Origin: Candidatus Fervidifonticultor sextus
Lineage (GTDB): Bacteria > Sysuimicrobiota > Sysuimicrobiia > Sysuimicrobiales > Humicultoraceae
Direction: 5' to 3'
Assembly (NCBI GenBank): GCA_031459875.1
Contig: JAVKHQ010000001.1
Location: 96,001 to 160,000, forward strand
DNA: 64,000 nt
Shown here: one piece after another, positions 1 to 8,389 of the stretch
Layout: every line of letters begins with the position of its first letter
Numbering within the stretch: the first letter of the stretch is position 1
Notes under the pieces: generated by a model
Databases searched by the model: none
The model's input: only the letters and a program-made list of their open reading frames with translations
Told to the model about the DNA's origin: nothing
Made by a program: the position numbers and the translations under genes

Positions 1-120
1 CGCCACGGTCGTCTCGAACTGCCAGACGAGGAAGCGGAGGGTCACCGCCCCTGGGTTGCCCAGCGCGAACGCGGTGGCGGCCGCCAGCAGGAGCAGGACG
101 AACAGGGCAAACGGCGTCAT
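1..120 (-). CDS. LapA/DUF1049-family small membrane protein (5' part; runs off window start)
   Basis: Manual translation MTPFALFVLLLLAAATAFALGNPGAVTLRFLVWQFETTVA matches the FAxxN...VxLxFLxW pattern; ATG lies 6 nt after the secF stop. Confidence 0.7.
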   Translation of the reverse strand, partial: MTPFALFVLLLLAAATAFALGNPGAVTLRFLVWQFETTVA

Positions 121-125
121 GGGTG

Positions 126-1127
126 CTAGCGCCGGCGGGACCGTCGCCGCCTGGCCCCGGTCGCCGGCGAGGCGAGCGCCGGGTCCCCGGCGGGCGCGAC
201 GGTGGGGACCCGCTCCTCGAGCTGCGGGGCGCGGGTCCGCCCGGCCCGCCGCTGGGCCCACAGGTGCCAGTCCACGAGGAGCGCGCTGGCGTTGAAGACC
301 GAGGAGTACGCGCCGACGGCGATCCCCACGATCAGTCCGAAGGCGAAGTCGCGGATCGTGGACCCGCCAAAGAAGTACACGGCAGCGAGGGCCAGCACCG
401 TGGTGAGCACGGTATTGATGGACCGCACCAACGCCTCCAGGAGGCTGCGGTTGACCAGCCGGTCGAAGGCTTCCCGGGTCCGCAACGCCAGGTTCTCGCG
501 GATGCGATCGAAGACCACGATGGTGTCGTTGATCGAATAGCCGACCACGGTGAGCAGCACGGCGACGAACGAACTGTTGACCTCCTTGCGGGTCAGCGCG
601 AAGATGCCCACCACGATCAGCAGGTCGTGGAGCAGGGCGGCGTCCGCGGTCAGGGCATAGCGGACGGACTTGAACCGAAACGAGATGTACAGCACCTGAA
701 GGGCCAGGCCCACCACGACCCCGAGGATGGCCACGTTGCGGAGTTCGCGGCCGATCTTGGGGCCCACCTCGTCCTCGCGGAGGACCGTGACCTGACCGAA
801 TTGCTGCCGCAGCGCCGCCAGCAGCCCGGCCTTGGCCTGGGCGCCCAGCGGGCGGGTCCGGATGAACACCTCCTGCTCCGCCTTCTGGATGATGCTCTGC
901 CCTGTCGCGAAGCGGTCCACCACCGCCCGCACCTGTCCGATGGTAAACGGCCGTTCAAGCCTCAGCTGGAAGTAGTTTCCGCCCGTGAAGTCCACGCCCC
1001 AGTTCAGCGCGCCCTGGCCGGAGGCGATGTTGGCGATCAGGGCGACCAGGCCGGGGATGATCAGAAGCAGCGAGAAGGCGTAGCCCCACCGGCGCTTGCC
1101 GATGATGTCCCACATGGCGGGGGTCAT
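126..1127 (-). CDS. secF: Protein translocase subunit SecF
   Basis: LNWGVDFTGG, VGPKIGREL, GYSINDTIVVFDRIRE motifs; ATG overlaps the secD stop (ATGA). Confidence 0.97.
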   Translation of the reverse strand: MTPAMWDIIGKRRWGYAFSLLLIIPGLVALIANIASGQGALNWGVDFTGGNYFQLRLERPFTIGQVRAVVDRFATGQSIIQKAEQEVFIRTRPLGAQAKAGLLAALRQQFGQVTVLREDEVGPKIGRELRNVAILGVVVGLALQVLYISFRFKSVRYALTADAALLHDLLIVVGIFALTRKEVNSSFVAVLLTVVGYSINDTIVVFDRIRENLALRTREAFDRLVNRSLLEALVRSINTVLTTVLALAAVYFFGGSTIRDFAFGLIVGIAVGAYSSVFNASALLVDWHLWAQRRAGRTRAPQLEERVPTVAPAGDPALASPATGARRRRSRRR

Positions 1128-2509
1128 CGGGCTGGCCTCCCGGCGACCCGCGCCAGCAGCGGTCCCAGCCCGGCGGCGGCCGCCGCGTCCACGAAGGCCC
1201 GCGTGACCACAATGGCCGTGAACATGCTGACCAGCACCCCCAGGCTGAGGGTCACCGCAAAGCCCCGGACCGGCCCGGTGCCCAGCAGGAAGAGCACGAC
1301 AGCGGCGATCAGCGTGGTCGCGTTCGAGTCCAGGATCGTGGTCATCGCGCGGTTCCACCCCGCGCCGACGGCCGTGCGCAGCGCCTTGCCCGCGCGCAGT
1401 TCTTCCTTGACCTTCTCGAAGATGATGACGTTGGCGTCGACCGCCATGCCGATGGAGAGCACGATACCGGCCAGGCCCGGCAGGGTCAGCGTCGCCCGGA
1501 GGCCGACCAGCAGCGCGGCCAGGATGGCCAGGTAGAAAATCAGGGCCAGGTCCGCCAGCACCCCCGGCATCCCGTAGTACAGCACCATGAAGAGGACGAC
1601 AGCCGCAATCGCGACCCAGGACGCCCGCACGCTGGCGTCGATGGAGTCGCGCCCCAGTTGCGGGCCGACGGTCCGGTTCTCCACCACCTCAACCGGGACC
1701 GGCAGCGCGCCGCCACGCAGCAGAACGGCCAGGTCGCGCGCCTCCTCGATGGTCTCGAACCCGCCGGAGATCACGCCGGTCCCGCCCGGGATCCGCGTGC
1801 GGATCACCGGCGAGGTGATCACCTGGCCGTCGAGGGTAATGGTCAGGTACTTGCCGACGTTGGCGGCGGTGTAGTCTTCGAACTTCTTGGCGGCCTGGCT
1901 GCGGAACCTGAAGCTCACCACCGGCGCCCCCGGTTCCGCAGGGTCCTGGCTGTACTCGGCCTGGGCGTGTTCCAGATCGGCGCCGGTCAGGATGACCTTC
2001 TTCTCCAGCGCCAGCGTGCGCGGCTGGTCGGGCTGGCCCGGGGCGGGGGGAGTTGCCGCGGGGAGGATCACCGTCTTGCCGTCCTCGCTCCATCGCGCGC
2101 CCCTGGGCAGCGACTGCGTACCCGTGTCGATGAACTCCAGCAGGGCGGTCTTGCCGATCAATTCAACGGCGCGCTGGGGGTCCTGGATGCCGGGCAACTC
2201 GACCACGATGCGGGTCTGCCCCTGCCGCTGGATCGTCGGCTCCACCACCCCCAGCTGATCGATGCGCCGCTCGATGACGCGCATGGCGGCGTCCACGGCT
2301 TCGGGGGTCGCCTTGACCGTGGGGGAGTCACGGGCCTCCAGCACCAGGAGGCTGCCGCCCTGGAGGTCCAGCCCCAGGACCCAGCCCGCCTTGGGCGCCT
2401 GAAAGGTCGGGATGGGTCCCACGAGCGCGACCGGACGGAATGCGACCTGAACCGCCGCAAGGAAGGTGATGAAGATGCCGACCAACCGGACTCCGAGCCG
2501 TGAACCCAC
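1124..2509 (-). CDS. secD: Protein translocase subunit SecD
   Basis: LGLDLQGG, RIDQLGVVEP, GMAVDANVIIFE motifs; GTG start after a purine-rich RBS. Confidence 0.97.
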   Translation of the reverse strand: MGSRLGVRLVGIFITFLAAVQVAFRPVALVGPIPTFQAPKAGWVLGLDLQGGSLLVLEARDSPTVKATPEAVDAAMRVIERRIDQLGVVEPTIQRQGQTRIVVELPGIQDPQRAVELIGKTALLEFIDTGTQSLPRGARWSEDGKTVILPAATPPAPGQPDQPRTLALEKKVILTGADLEHAQAEYSQDPAEPGAPVVSFRFRSQAAKKFEDYTAANVGKYLTITLDGQVITSPVIRTRIPGGTGVISGGFETIEEARDLAVLLRGGALPVPVEVVENRTVGPQLGRDSIDASVRASWVAIAAVVLFMVLYYGMPGVLADLALIFYLAILAALLVGLRATLTLPGLAGIVLSIGMAVDANVIIFEKVKEELRAGKALRTAVGAGWNRAMTTILDSNATTLIAAVVLFLLGTGPVRGFAVTLSLGVLVSMFTAIVVTRAFVDAAAAAGLGPLLARVAGRPAR

Positions 2510-2568
2510 TCGTCTTCCCCTTCCCTGTAGCCGCTGCGGACGCAAAAAAAGAGGGCCGAGCCCGGTTC

Positions 2569-2598
2569 ATTATAGGCTGTGCCACTGACCCATGGCAA
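2569..2598 (-). promoter_or_regulatory. Sigma70-type promoter for secDF
   Basis: Minus strand reads TTGCCA-18 nt-TATAAT. Confidence 0.7.
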
Positions 2599-2663
2599 GG
2601 CAGGGAGCCAGCGGCCGCGCGCGAACCCGTGTCCCTGTGAGTCTGTTCGAGAGGGACGCCAGC

Positions 2664-3590
2664 GTGGTGTCGGCGGTGCCGCTGCGCGTGGACGGGTGTG
2701 AGGTCCTGGTCGGCACCTGCTCGTGGGCCGACCGCGGGGTCATCGCCAGCGACTTCTATCCCCGCGGGGCCAAGACGGACCCGAAGGCGCGGCTCCAGTT
2801 CTACGCCGGTGTCTTCCCCACGGTCGAAGTGGACGCCAGCTTCCACGCCCTGCAGCCTGCAGACCGCGCCCGGCAGTGGCTGGAGTGGACGACGCCGACC
2901 TTCCGGTTCAGCGTGAAAGCCTTCGCCTGGCTGACCGGGCACGAGAGCGATCCCAGGCGCCTGCCGCCCCAGATCGCCGCGCTGCTGCCGGCCGCCCTGC
3001 GGGATGCCGGGCCGGTCCGCGCGGCCCGCGTGCCGGAGGAGGCCGTGGCGGCGGCCTGGGACCACTTCGCGGCCTTCGTGGAGGTCTTCGCGCGCGCCGG
3101 CCGGCTGGGCTACGTCCTCTTCCAGTTCCCCAAGGGTCAGGGATTCTCGCACGAGCTGTTCGCGTACCTGGATGCGTGGATGCCGTACCTGCGGGCCTGG
3201 CCGGTGGCCGTCGAGATCAGGCACAGGACGTGGCTGTCCCGCCGGCACCGGGAGACGTTCCTGGGCTACCTGCGCGCCCACGGCCTCGCCTACGTCGTGC
3301 CCGACATGGCCCAGGTGCAGTACCTGCCGCCACCCGAGGTGGCCGTCACGACCCGTTGGTCGGTCATCCGGTTCCACGGCCGCAACCCTGCGCTGGCCCA
3401 GCGGCGCGTCTCCACCGACGTGGCGTACGACTACCTGTACTCTCGGGATGAACTGCAGACATGGGCCAGGACGGCCCGCAGGCTCGCCCGCGAAGTGGAC
3501 GCGCTGTACCTGATGTTCAACAACCACGCGCGCGGCCAGGCGGCGCGCAACGCCCAGGAGATGGTGGGGCTGCTGGCGCAGCCGGACTGA
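2664..3590 (+). CDS. DUF72 (YecE/YunF-like) TIM-barrel protein
   Basis: GTCSW, FPTVEVDASF, FSVKA, LFQFP, AVEIRH, IRFHGRN, YDYLYS, MFNNH motifs; GAGGG RBS before GTG 2664. Confidence 0.92.
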   Translation: MVSAVPLRVDGCEVLVGTCSWADRGVIASDFYPRGAKTDPKARLQFYAGVFPTVEVDASFHALQPADRARQWLEWTTPTFRFSVKAFAWLTGHESDPRRLPPQIAALLPAALRDAGPVRAARVPEEAVAAAWDHFAAFVEVFARAGRLGYVLFQFPKGQGFSHELFAYLDAWMPYLRAWPVAVEIRHRTWLSRRHRETFLGYLRAHGLAYVVPDMAQVQYLPPPEVAVTTRWSVIRFHGRNPALAQRRVSTDVAYDYLYSRDELQTWARTARRLAREVDALYLMFNNHARGQAARNAQEMVGLLAQPD

Positions 3591-5805
3591 GCCTGGCCGC
3601 CACCTCCTCGGCCAGGCGCGGCGCAGGATACCCCAGCGGCCCCAGCAGTGTCTCGGTGGCCCGGATCAACAGGTCCGTGTAATACCCGACGTCGTAGGAC
3701 CAGTCGGGGCCCAGCAAGCCCAGGGGCCGGACGCGGTCCTCGGGCAGACGCGCCCCGGCATCGGTGATGAGGTACTGGATCCGCTCCCCGGGATGCAGGC
3801 GCACGCCGGCGCGGGCCATCTGGCGCGCCGCAACGGCTGCCGCGGCGTGGTGCCGGTAGGCCTCGGGCGTGCGCGAGATCGTCGTGGCCATCGCCAGATC
3901 CGTCGCCCTGACCTCGCCGCCTCTCAACCGGACCACGGCCCCGGTCAGGAGGTCGAGCACCCGGGGGATCGCCGCGCGCACCTCGGCCAGGGTGCTGGCT
4001 TCAAAGAGGACCTCCAGCATCCGGGCCTGGGTGTGGGCGACGAGCGGCGGCAGGTCGGCGCGCCGGACTTCGATGCCGCGGACCTTCGTCCTCCCGTCGT
4101 CGAAACGGCCCAGATACCGGTTGGGCACGCCCAGGCCGGGGTGCGTGCGCGACGGCAGGAAGGCGATCCAGTCGTAGACACCCTCGACGAAGATCGGGAG
4201 GCCGGTGGCGCGCTCGATGGCCCCGGCCAGGGCATCGTAGTCGGCCTTCGTGGCGCCGGGCCGGTGCAGCCACATGGAGTCCACCAGCGCGTGGAGCATC
4301 CGGTAGCCCTGCGCCTCAGCCAGGTCCTTGGCGCGCAAGAGCATCTCGCGGGAGAAGGCGGTGGTCGCCTCGTGGGCCTCGATGCGACCGAAGCGGGCAT
4401 TCCGATAGCCAAGGTATCCAAATGCACACACCAGGCACCACTTCAACGCCGTCTGCCGCTGCTGGTAGAGCGCCCGGATCTCCCCCGCCGTCTCCTGCTG
4501 CCGCCGCTTGTAGTACGCCCGCCGCTCCAGCAACGGCTCCAGCACCTCCGGCACCAGCCCCTTGCGCCGCTGGCAGAGCCGCGCGCCGGTCTCGGGCACG
4601 CGCGGCGCGTCGGGACAGCAGGCACAGTTGATGGTCTCGGGCGAGACGTTGAACCGCGCCATGATGGTGGGATACATCGAGGAGAAGTCGAGTTCGCCGA
4701 CGCCCTCGAAGACCCCCACGACCGGCTGGTAGACGAGCCCGCCCTTGTCGGTGATCAGCAGCGCTTCGGCCGACTTGAACGCCTCGGGTTCGCTCTTGTG
4801 GTGCGGGATCAGGATGCCGCGCCGGATCGCCCGGTGCAATTGCATGGCGCTGATGGCGGTGCCGATGGAGGTCCGAGCCAGGTACTGGACCGGCAACCGG
4901 CCCAGCCGCGCAATCTCCACGAGCCCCGTCAGTTCGGTTTCGGCGTAGATGAACGAGTTGCGCAGGTCCAGGTGCCAGCGGCCGTGCAGCATCTGGGCAC
5001 CGGCCGAATAGACCGTCTGGCCGTAGGTCAGATACGAGCGCGCGCGCCGGGTGCGAATGCCCTGATGCGATTCGCGGTTCCACTTTAGCGGTATCCCGAC
5101 CTGCCGGGCGAGCCGCCGCAGCCGCGGCACCAGGAAACTGTCGCCCCACTCGGTGAGGATGACGTCGGGGTCGTAGCGGGCGATCAGGCGGTTGAGGCTT
5201 GCGACCAGGTCTTCGGGGCGCTCGCTGCAGAGCACCACCGTCTCGCCGTCCACCGAGGCCTCGAGTTCCGTGCGCCGGGTGTGGGCGGGGTCGATCGGGT
5301 CGCCGTCCAGGCGCAGGCGGAGCGTGGTCAGCGGCGGGAGCGCGTACTCGACGTCCTCAGGGGCGTCCAGCGGCTGGAAGGCCTCCGGGGCGACGACGCG
5401 GCGTTCGTCCTCCACCCGGTAGCGCCCCAGCGGGAAGAGGCCCGTCTGCACGAAGAACACCTGGGGGACGCTGAGATCGCAGGTGAAGAGCGCGATGCGG
5501 GGCAGACGCGCCGCGGCCCGCACCGCCGCCGGGTGGGCGCACGGCCGGCGGATTGCGACCTGCAGCACCGGCACGTCCGCCCCCGAGAGCAGGTCGGTCC
5601 GGACCGCCATCGCGGTCGTTGCCTCGATGCCCGAGGCCGCCAGCAGTGCCGGCAGGCGCTCCAGCGCGGCTGGCGGTCCGGCGGCATAGAAGACCGGGGC
5701 AAACGCCACCGTCAGGCGGTACGGCCGACCGTCTGATCCGACCAGCCAGACCACCATCCCGTCTTCGGCGGGGTAGGCGTCGAACAGCCAGCCGGTAAGG
5801 GCCAT
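3517..5805 (-). CDS. Family B DNA polymerase, PolB2-type (degenerate exonuclease, variant motifs B and C)
   Basis: DKGGLVYQP, motif A ELDFSSMYP, NVSPET+CACC, motif B KWCLVCAFGYLG, motif C HALVDS, KVRGIEVRR. Confidence 0.92.
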   Translation of the reverse strand: MALTGWLFDAYPAEDGMVVWLVGSDGRPYRLTVAFAPVFYAAGPPAALERLPALLAASGIEATTAMAVRTDLLSGADVPVLQVAIRRPCAHPAAVRAAARLPRIALFTCDLSVPQVFFVQTGLFPLGRYRVEDERRVVAPEAFQPLDAPEDVEYALPPLTTLRLRLDGDPIDPAHTRRTELEASVDGETVVLCSERPEDLVASLNRLIARYDPDVILTEWGDSFLVPRLRRLARQVGIPLKWNRESHQGIRTRRARSYLTYGQTVYSAGAQMLHGRWHLDLRNSFIYAETELTGLVEIARLGRLPVQYLARTSIGTAISAMQLHRAIRRGILIPHHKSEPEAFKSAEALLITDKGGLVYQPVVGVFEGVGELDFSSMYPTIMARFNVSPETINCACCPDAPRVPETGARLCQRRKGLVPEVLEPLLERRAYYKRRQQETAGEIRALYQQRQTALKWCLVCAFGYLGYRNARFGRIEAHEATTAFSREMLLRAKDLAEAQGYRMLHALVDSMWLHRPGATKADYDALAGAIERATGLPIFVEGVYDWIAFLPSRTHPGLGVPNRYLGRFDDGRTKVRGIEVRRADLPPLVAHTQARMLEVLFEASTLAEVRAAIPRVLDLLTGAVVRLRGGEVRATDLAMATTISRTPEAYRHHAAAAVAARQMARAGVRLHPGERIQYLITDAGARLPEDRVRPLGLLGPDWSYDVGYYTDLLIRATETLLGPLGYPAPRLAEEVAARLSPAAPAAPPSPGRCAPPGRARGC

Positions 5806-5806
5806 C

Positions 5807-6106
5807 TCATTCCGCCGTCCCGTCGGCGCGACCCGGCACACCGGGCGCGCGGCTGCCCTCGAGTACCTCCACCCGTGCACGCAGCGCGTCCACCTGTTTG
5901 GCCATCTCCAGCAGCATCGCGACCAGGATCACCTCGAACGGCACCGGCCGGGACAGGTAGGCCGCGGGGGCAGTGTGGTGCCGCGCGGCGGCAAAGAGCC
6001 GGTCGAAGATCGTCCGGTCTTCCTTGCGCAGCGCGCGGCGGAAGGGTGCGAAGTTCGCCTCTTCCTGGGCGACGATCTGTGTCATCGTGGGGACCGTGCG
6101 GCCCAT
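5807..6106 (-). CDS. Small alpha-helical PolB2 partner protein (PPB2/arCOG07300-like)
   Basis: MGRTVPT...FRRALRKEDRTIFDRLF...ARHH signature; ATG overlaps the upstream stop (TGATG); its stop is 1 nt before the polB ATG. Confidence 0.85.
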   Translation of the reverse strand: MGRTVPTMTQIVAQEEANFAPFRRALRKEDRTIFDRLFAAARHHTAPAAYLSRPVPFEVILVAMLLEMAKQVDALRARVEVLEGSRAPGVPGRADGTAE

Positions 6107-6741
6107 CAAGAGAACCGCCGCGCCGCCAGCAGCGCGATTGCCGGCTCCCACCGCCACCGACCGCCGGCGGGCTTCTCCCCGACGATCTCGATCCCGCCGT
6201 CGCGGGAGGCCACCGCGAACGCCCAGGCCGCCGCGGCGTGCAGTTGCGGCAGGAACCCCTTGCGCCCGGGCACCGGCGGCCGAACCGGGCTCGCCACCAC
6301 CAGGGGTAGCGGCCCGGAGGCCAGATGCGTGACGGTGTCCAGCACCCGCCGGAAGATCCGCCGGGCCTCGGCGGGGGAGACATCCTCGTCGTCGAGGAGA
6401 TCCAGCACTCCGGCCAGCAGAACCCCACCCGGCCGGCGCGCCGCAATGGCGCCAGCCAGGCGGTCTGAGACCGCGGCTTCGAGTTGGTAGGCGGTGAAGA
6501 CGCGGGACAGGTAGACGCTGGCCAGCAGGACCCCGGGCGCCTGCCCCAGACGCCGGGCCAGGTCCGAGAGGAGGTAGGGATTGAACGAGTTGGCTCCGTC
6601 CACCACCAGGAGGGGCCGGATCGGGGTCGCGGTCCGCAGGCCGACCAGGAGGCCCACCGTCAGACAGGCTTCATCCCCGCTGAGCAGGATCAGACCGACC
6701 CTCGGCTGGGGGAGCGATGGGAGAACCGCGTGGACAGACAT
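6106..6741 (-). CDS. Inactivated RadA/RecA-like protein
   Basis: VVDGANSFNPY and SRVFTAYQL RecA-fold segments; Walker A degenerate (LLSGDEACLT); first gene of the polB cassette. Confidence 0.8.
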   Translation of the reverse strand: MSVHAVLPSLPQPRVGLILLSGDEACLTVGLLVGLRTATPIRPLLVVDGANSFNPYLLSDLARRLGQAPGVLLASVYLSRVFTAYQLEAAVSDRLAGAIAARRPGGVLLAGVLDLLDDEDVSPAEARRIFRRVLDTVTHLASGPLPLVVASPVRPPVPGRKGFLPQLHAAAAWAFAVASRDGGIEIVGEKPAGGRWRWEPAIALLAARRFS

Positions 6742-6783
6742 CAGGCCATCCAAAGCCCACCATGCTGGAGGGGCGCAACCCCC

Positions 6784-6811
6784 ATTATACGAACATGTGT
6801 TCGTATGTCAA
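6784..6811 (-). promoter_or_regulatory. Consensus sigma70 promoter of the RadA-like/partner/polB operon
   Basis: Minus strand reads TTGACA-tacgaacacatgttcg-TATAAT (16-nt spacer). Confidence 0.9.
6787..6806. promoter_or_regulatory. LexA (SOS) box, Gram-positive type GAAC-N4-GTTC
   Basis: ATACGAAC-ATGT-GTTCGTAT, perfect 8-bp inverted arms filling the promoter spacer. Confidence 0.9.
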
Positions 6812-6851
6812 TACCGAACGAGGGGGGCCTCTGGGAGGAAAGACAGCACCC

Positions 6852-7568
6852 TCACAGATCGGGGATCTGCCAGTCGATCTCCGGGAGCCCCAGGGCCCGC
6901 AGTGCGGCGTTGATCCTTGAGAACGGCCGGCTGCCGAAAAATCCCCGGCGGGCCGAGTTCGGCGACGGATGCGCAGCCTCCACGATGCGGTGCCGGGAGG
7001 CGTCGATGAGTTCCGCCTTCCGCCGGGCGTCCCGGCCCCACAGCGCAAACACCACCGGAGCCTGACGGGCGTCGACCGCTCGAATGATGGCATCGGTGAA
7101 ATGCTCCCACCCCCGGCCGCGGTGTGAGCCCGGCTGGTAGGCGCGCACGGTCAGGACGGTGTTGAGCATCAGGACTCCCTGGCGCGCCCACGGCACCAGG
7201 CAGCCGTTGTTGGAGATCCGGCAGCCCAGGTCGTCGGCGAGTTCCCTGAAGATGTTCACCAGCGACGCGGGCAGCGGGACGCCGGGCTTCACCGAGAAGC
7301 ACAGCCCGTGTGCGTAGCCGGGGGTCGGGTAGGGATCCTGTCCCAGGAGCACCACGCGCACGCGGCTGTAGGGGGTGAGCCGCAAGGCGGTGAAGACCTC
7401 CCGCTCGTCCGGGAGGATCGTGTAGCGGCGGCGCTCGGAGGCCAGGAACGCCTGGAGATCCCGGTAGTAGGGTTCGACGACCTCGCGGGCCAGCACCCGC
7501 CGCCAGCCGGGCGGAATGCGCCGAAGCCACGCCGCCGCAGGCGGCGTGGTGGGAGACCGTCCGTTCAC
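6852..7568 (-). CDS. ung: Uracil-DNA glycosylase, family 1
   Basis: GQDPY, GLCFSV, WARQGVLMLNTVLTV, HPSP motifs; GTG overlaps the upstream stop. Confidence 0.96.
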   Translation of the reverse strand: MNGRSPTTPPAAAWLRRIPPGWRRVLAREVVEPYYRDLQAFLASERRRYTILPDEREVFTALRLTPYSRVRVVLLGQDPYPTPGYAHGLCFSVKPGVPLPASLVNIFRELADDLGCRISNNGCLVPWARQGVLMLNTVLTVRAYQPGSHRGRGWEHFTDAIIRAVDARQAPVVFALWGRDARRKAELIDASRHRIVEAAHPSPNSARRGFFGSRPFSRINAALRALGLPEIDWQIPDL

Positions 7569-8380
7569 GGCCCGTCCGCGAACGACACGGCGAAGCGCAG
7601 GTACCACTCCCGCAGTGCCGGCGTGCGGTAGTGGAACTCGCTGATCACCGACAGCCCCACCCGGGCGCCGCCCAGAACGCCGGCCAGCACCCGCGGCGGG
7701 TCCGGCACCCCGGCGAGCGTGGGGGCCACGGTGAGGAACAGTTCGTCCAGCGCCCGCGATGCGGCGAGCCGTCGGTTCGTCTGTGGGCCGCCCTCGGCCA
7801 GCACCCGCTGCATGCCGCGCGCCTGCAGCAGGCCCAGCGCGGCCGCCAGGTCCACCTCGCCCTCGGGCGTCGCCGGCACCACGAGGACCTCGGCGCCGGC
7901 GGCTTCCAGGCGCCGGCGGTCGACGTCGCGCGCAAGCTCGGTGGTCAGGACGATGGACGCGAAGTCGCGCCGGTCGAAGAAGCGCCGCGCCAGGACCTCG
8001 TCGGGGAACTCGGCCCGCCGCGTGACGACCACCGCGGCGGGGTGCCCGGGACGGCCGGATGCGATCCGCTCGGCCTGCAACTCCGGATGTGTCGTGGGCA
8101 CGAGATCATGGCGCCATAGCGTGCCGGCGCCGCACAGTACGGCGTCAGCCCAGCCCCGGAGGGTTCGGAACAGGAAGTGATCGACCTCAGACCCAATCGT
8201 CCATGCCTTCCCCTCGACGGCGACGGCGCCGTCGAGGGTCTGCACCATGTTGAGGATCACCGCCGGCCGACCGGGCGCCGCCCTGACCTGGAGATCCCGG
8301 TACACGTCCTCCAGCAGCACCTCCGCAGGGTACGGCTCGCGGGTGTGGTAGGCCAGCGTGAGCGTGCGCGGGAGGGCCAC
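7565..8380 (-). CDS. RibD C-terminal/dihydrofolate reductase-like protein
   Basis: NMVQTLDG, LRGWADAVLCGAGT, LAEGGP, DELFLTVAP. Confidence 0.85.
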   Translation of the reverse strand: MALPRTLTLAYHTREPYPAEVLLEDVYRDLQVRAAPGRPAVILNMVQTLDGAVAVEGKAWTIGSEVDHFLFRTLRGWADAVLCGAGTLWRHDLVPTTHPELQAERIASGRPGHPAAVVVTRRAEFPDEVLARRFFDRRDFASIVLTTELARDVDRRRLEAAGAEVLVVPATPEGEVDLAAALGLLQARGMQRVLAEGGPQTNRRLAASRALDELFLTVAPTLAGVPDPPRVLAGVLGGARVGLSVISEFHYRTPALREWYLRFAVSFADGP

Positions 8381-8389
8381 CGGCGGGCG

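Noticed and set aside
3517..5805. PolB as a sign of a prophage, casposon or pipolin
   Set aside because: No cas1, integrase, terminal repeats or phage genes; motifs and partners fit cellular PolB2
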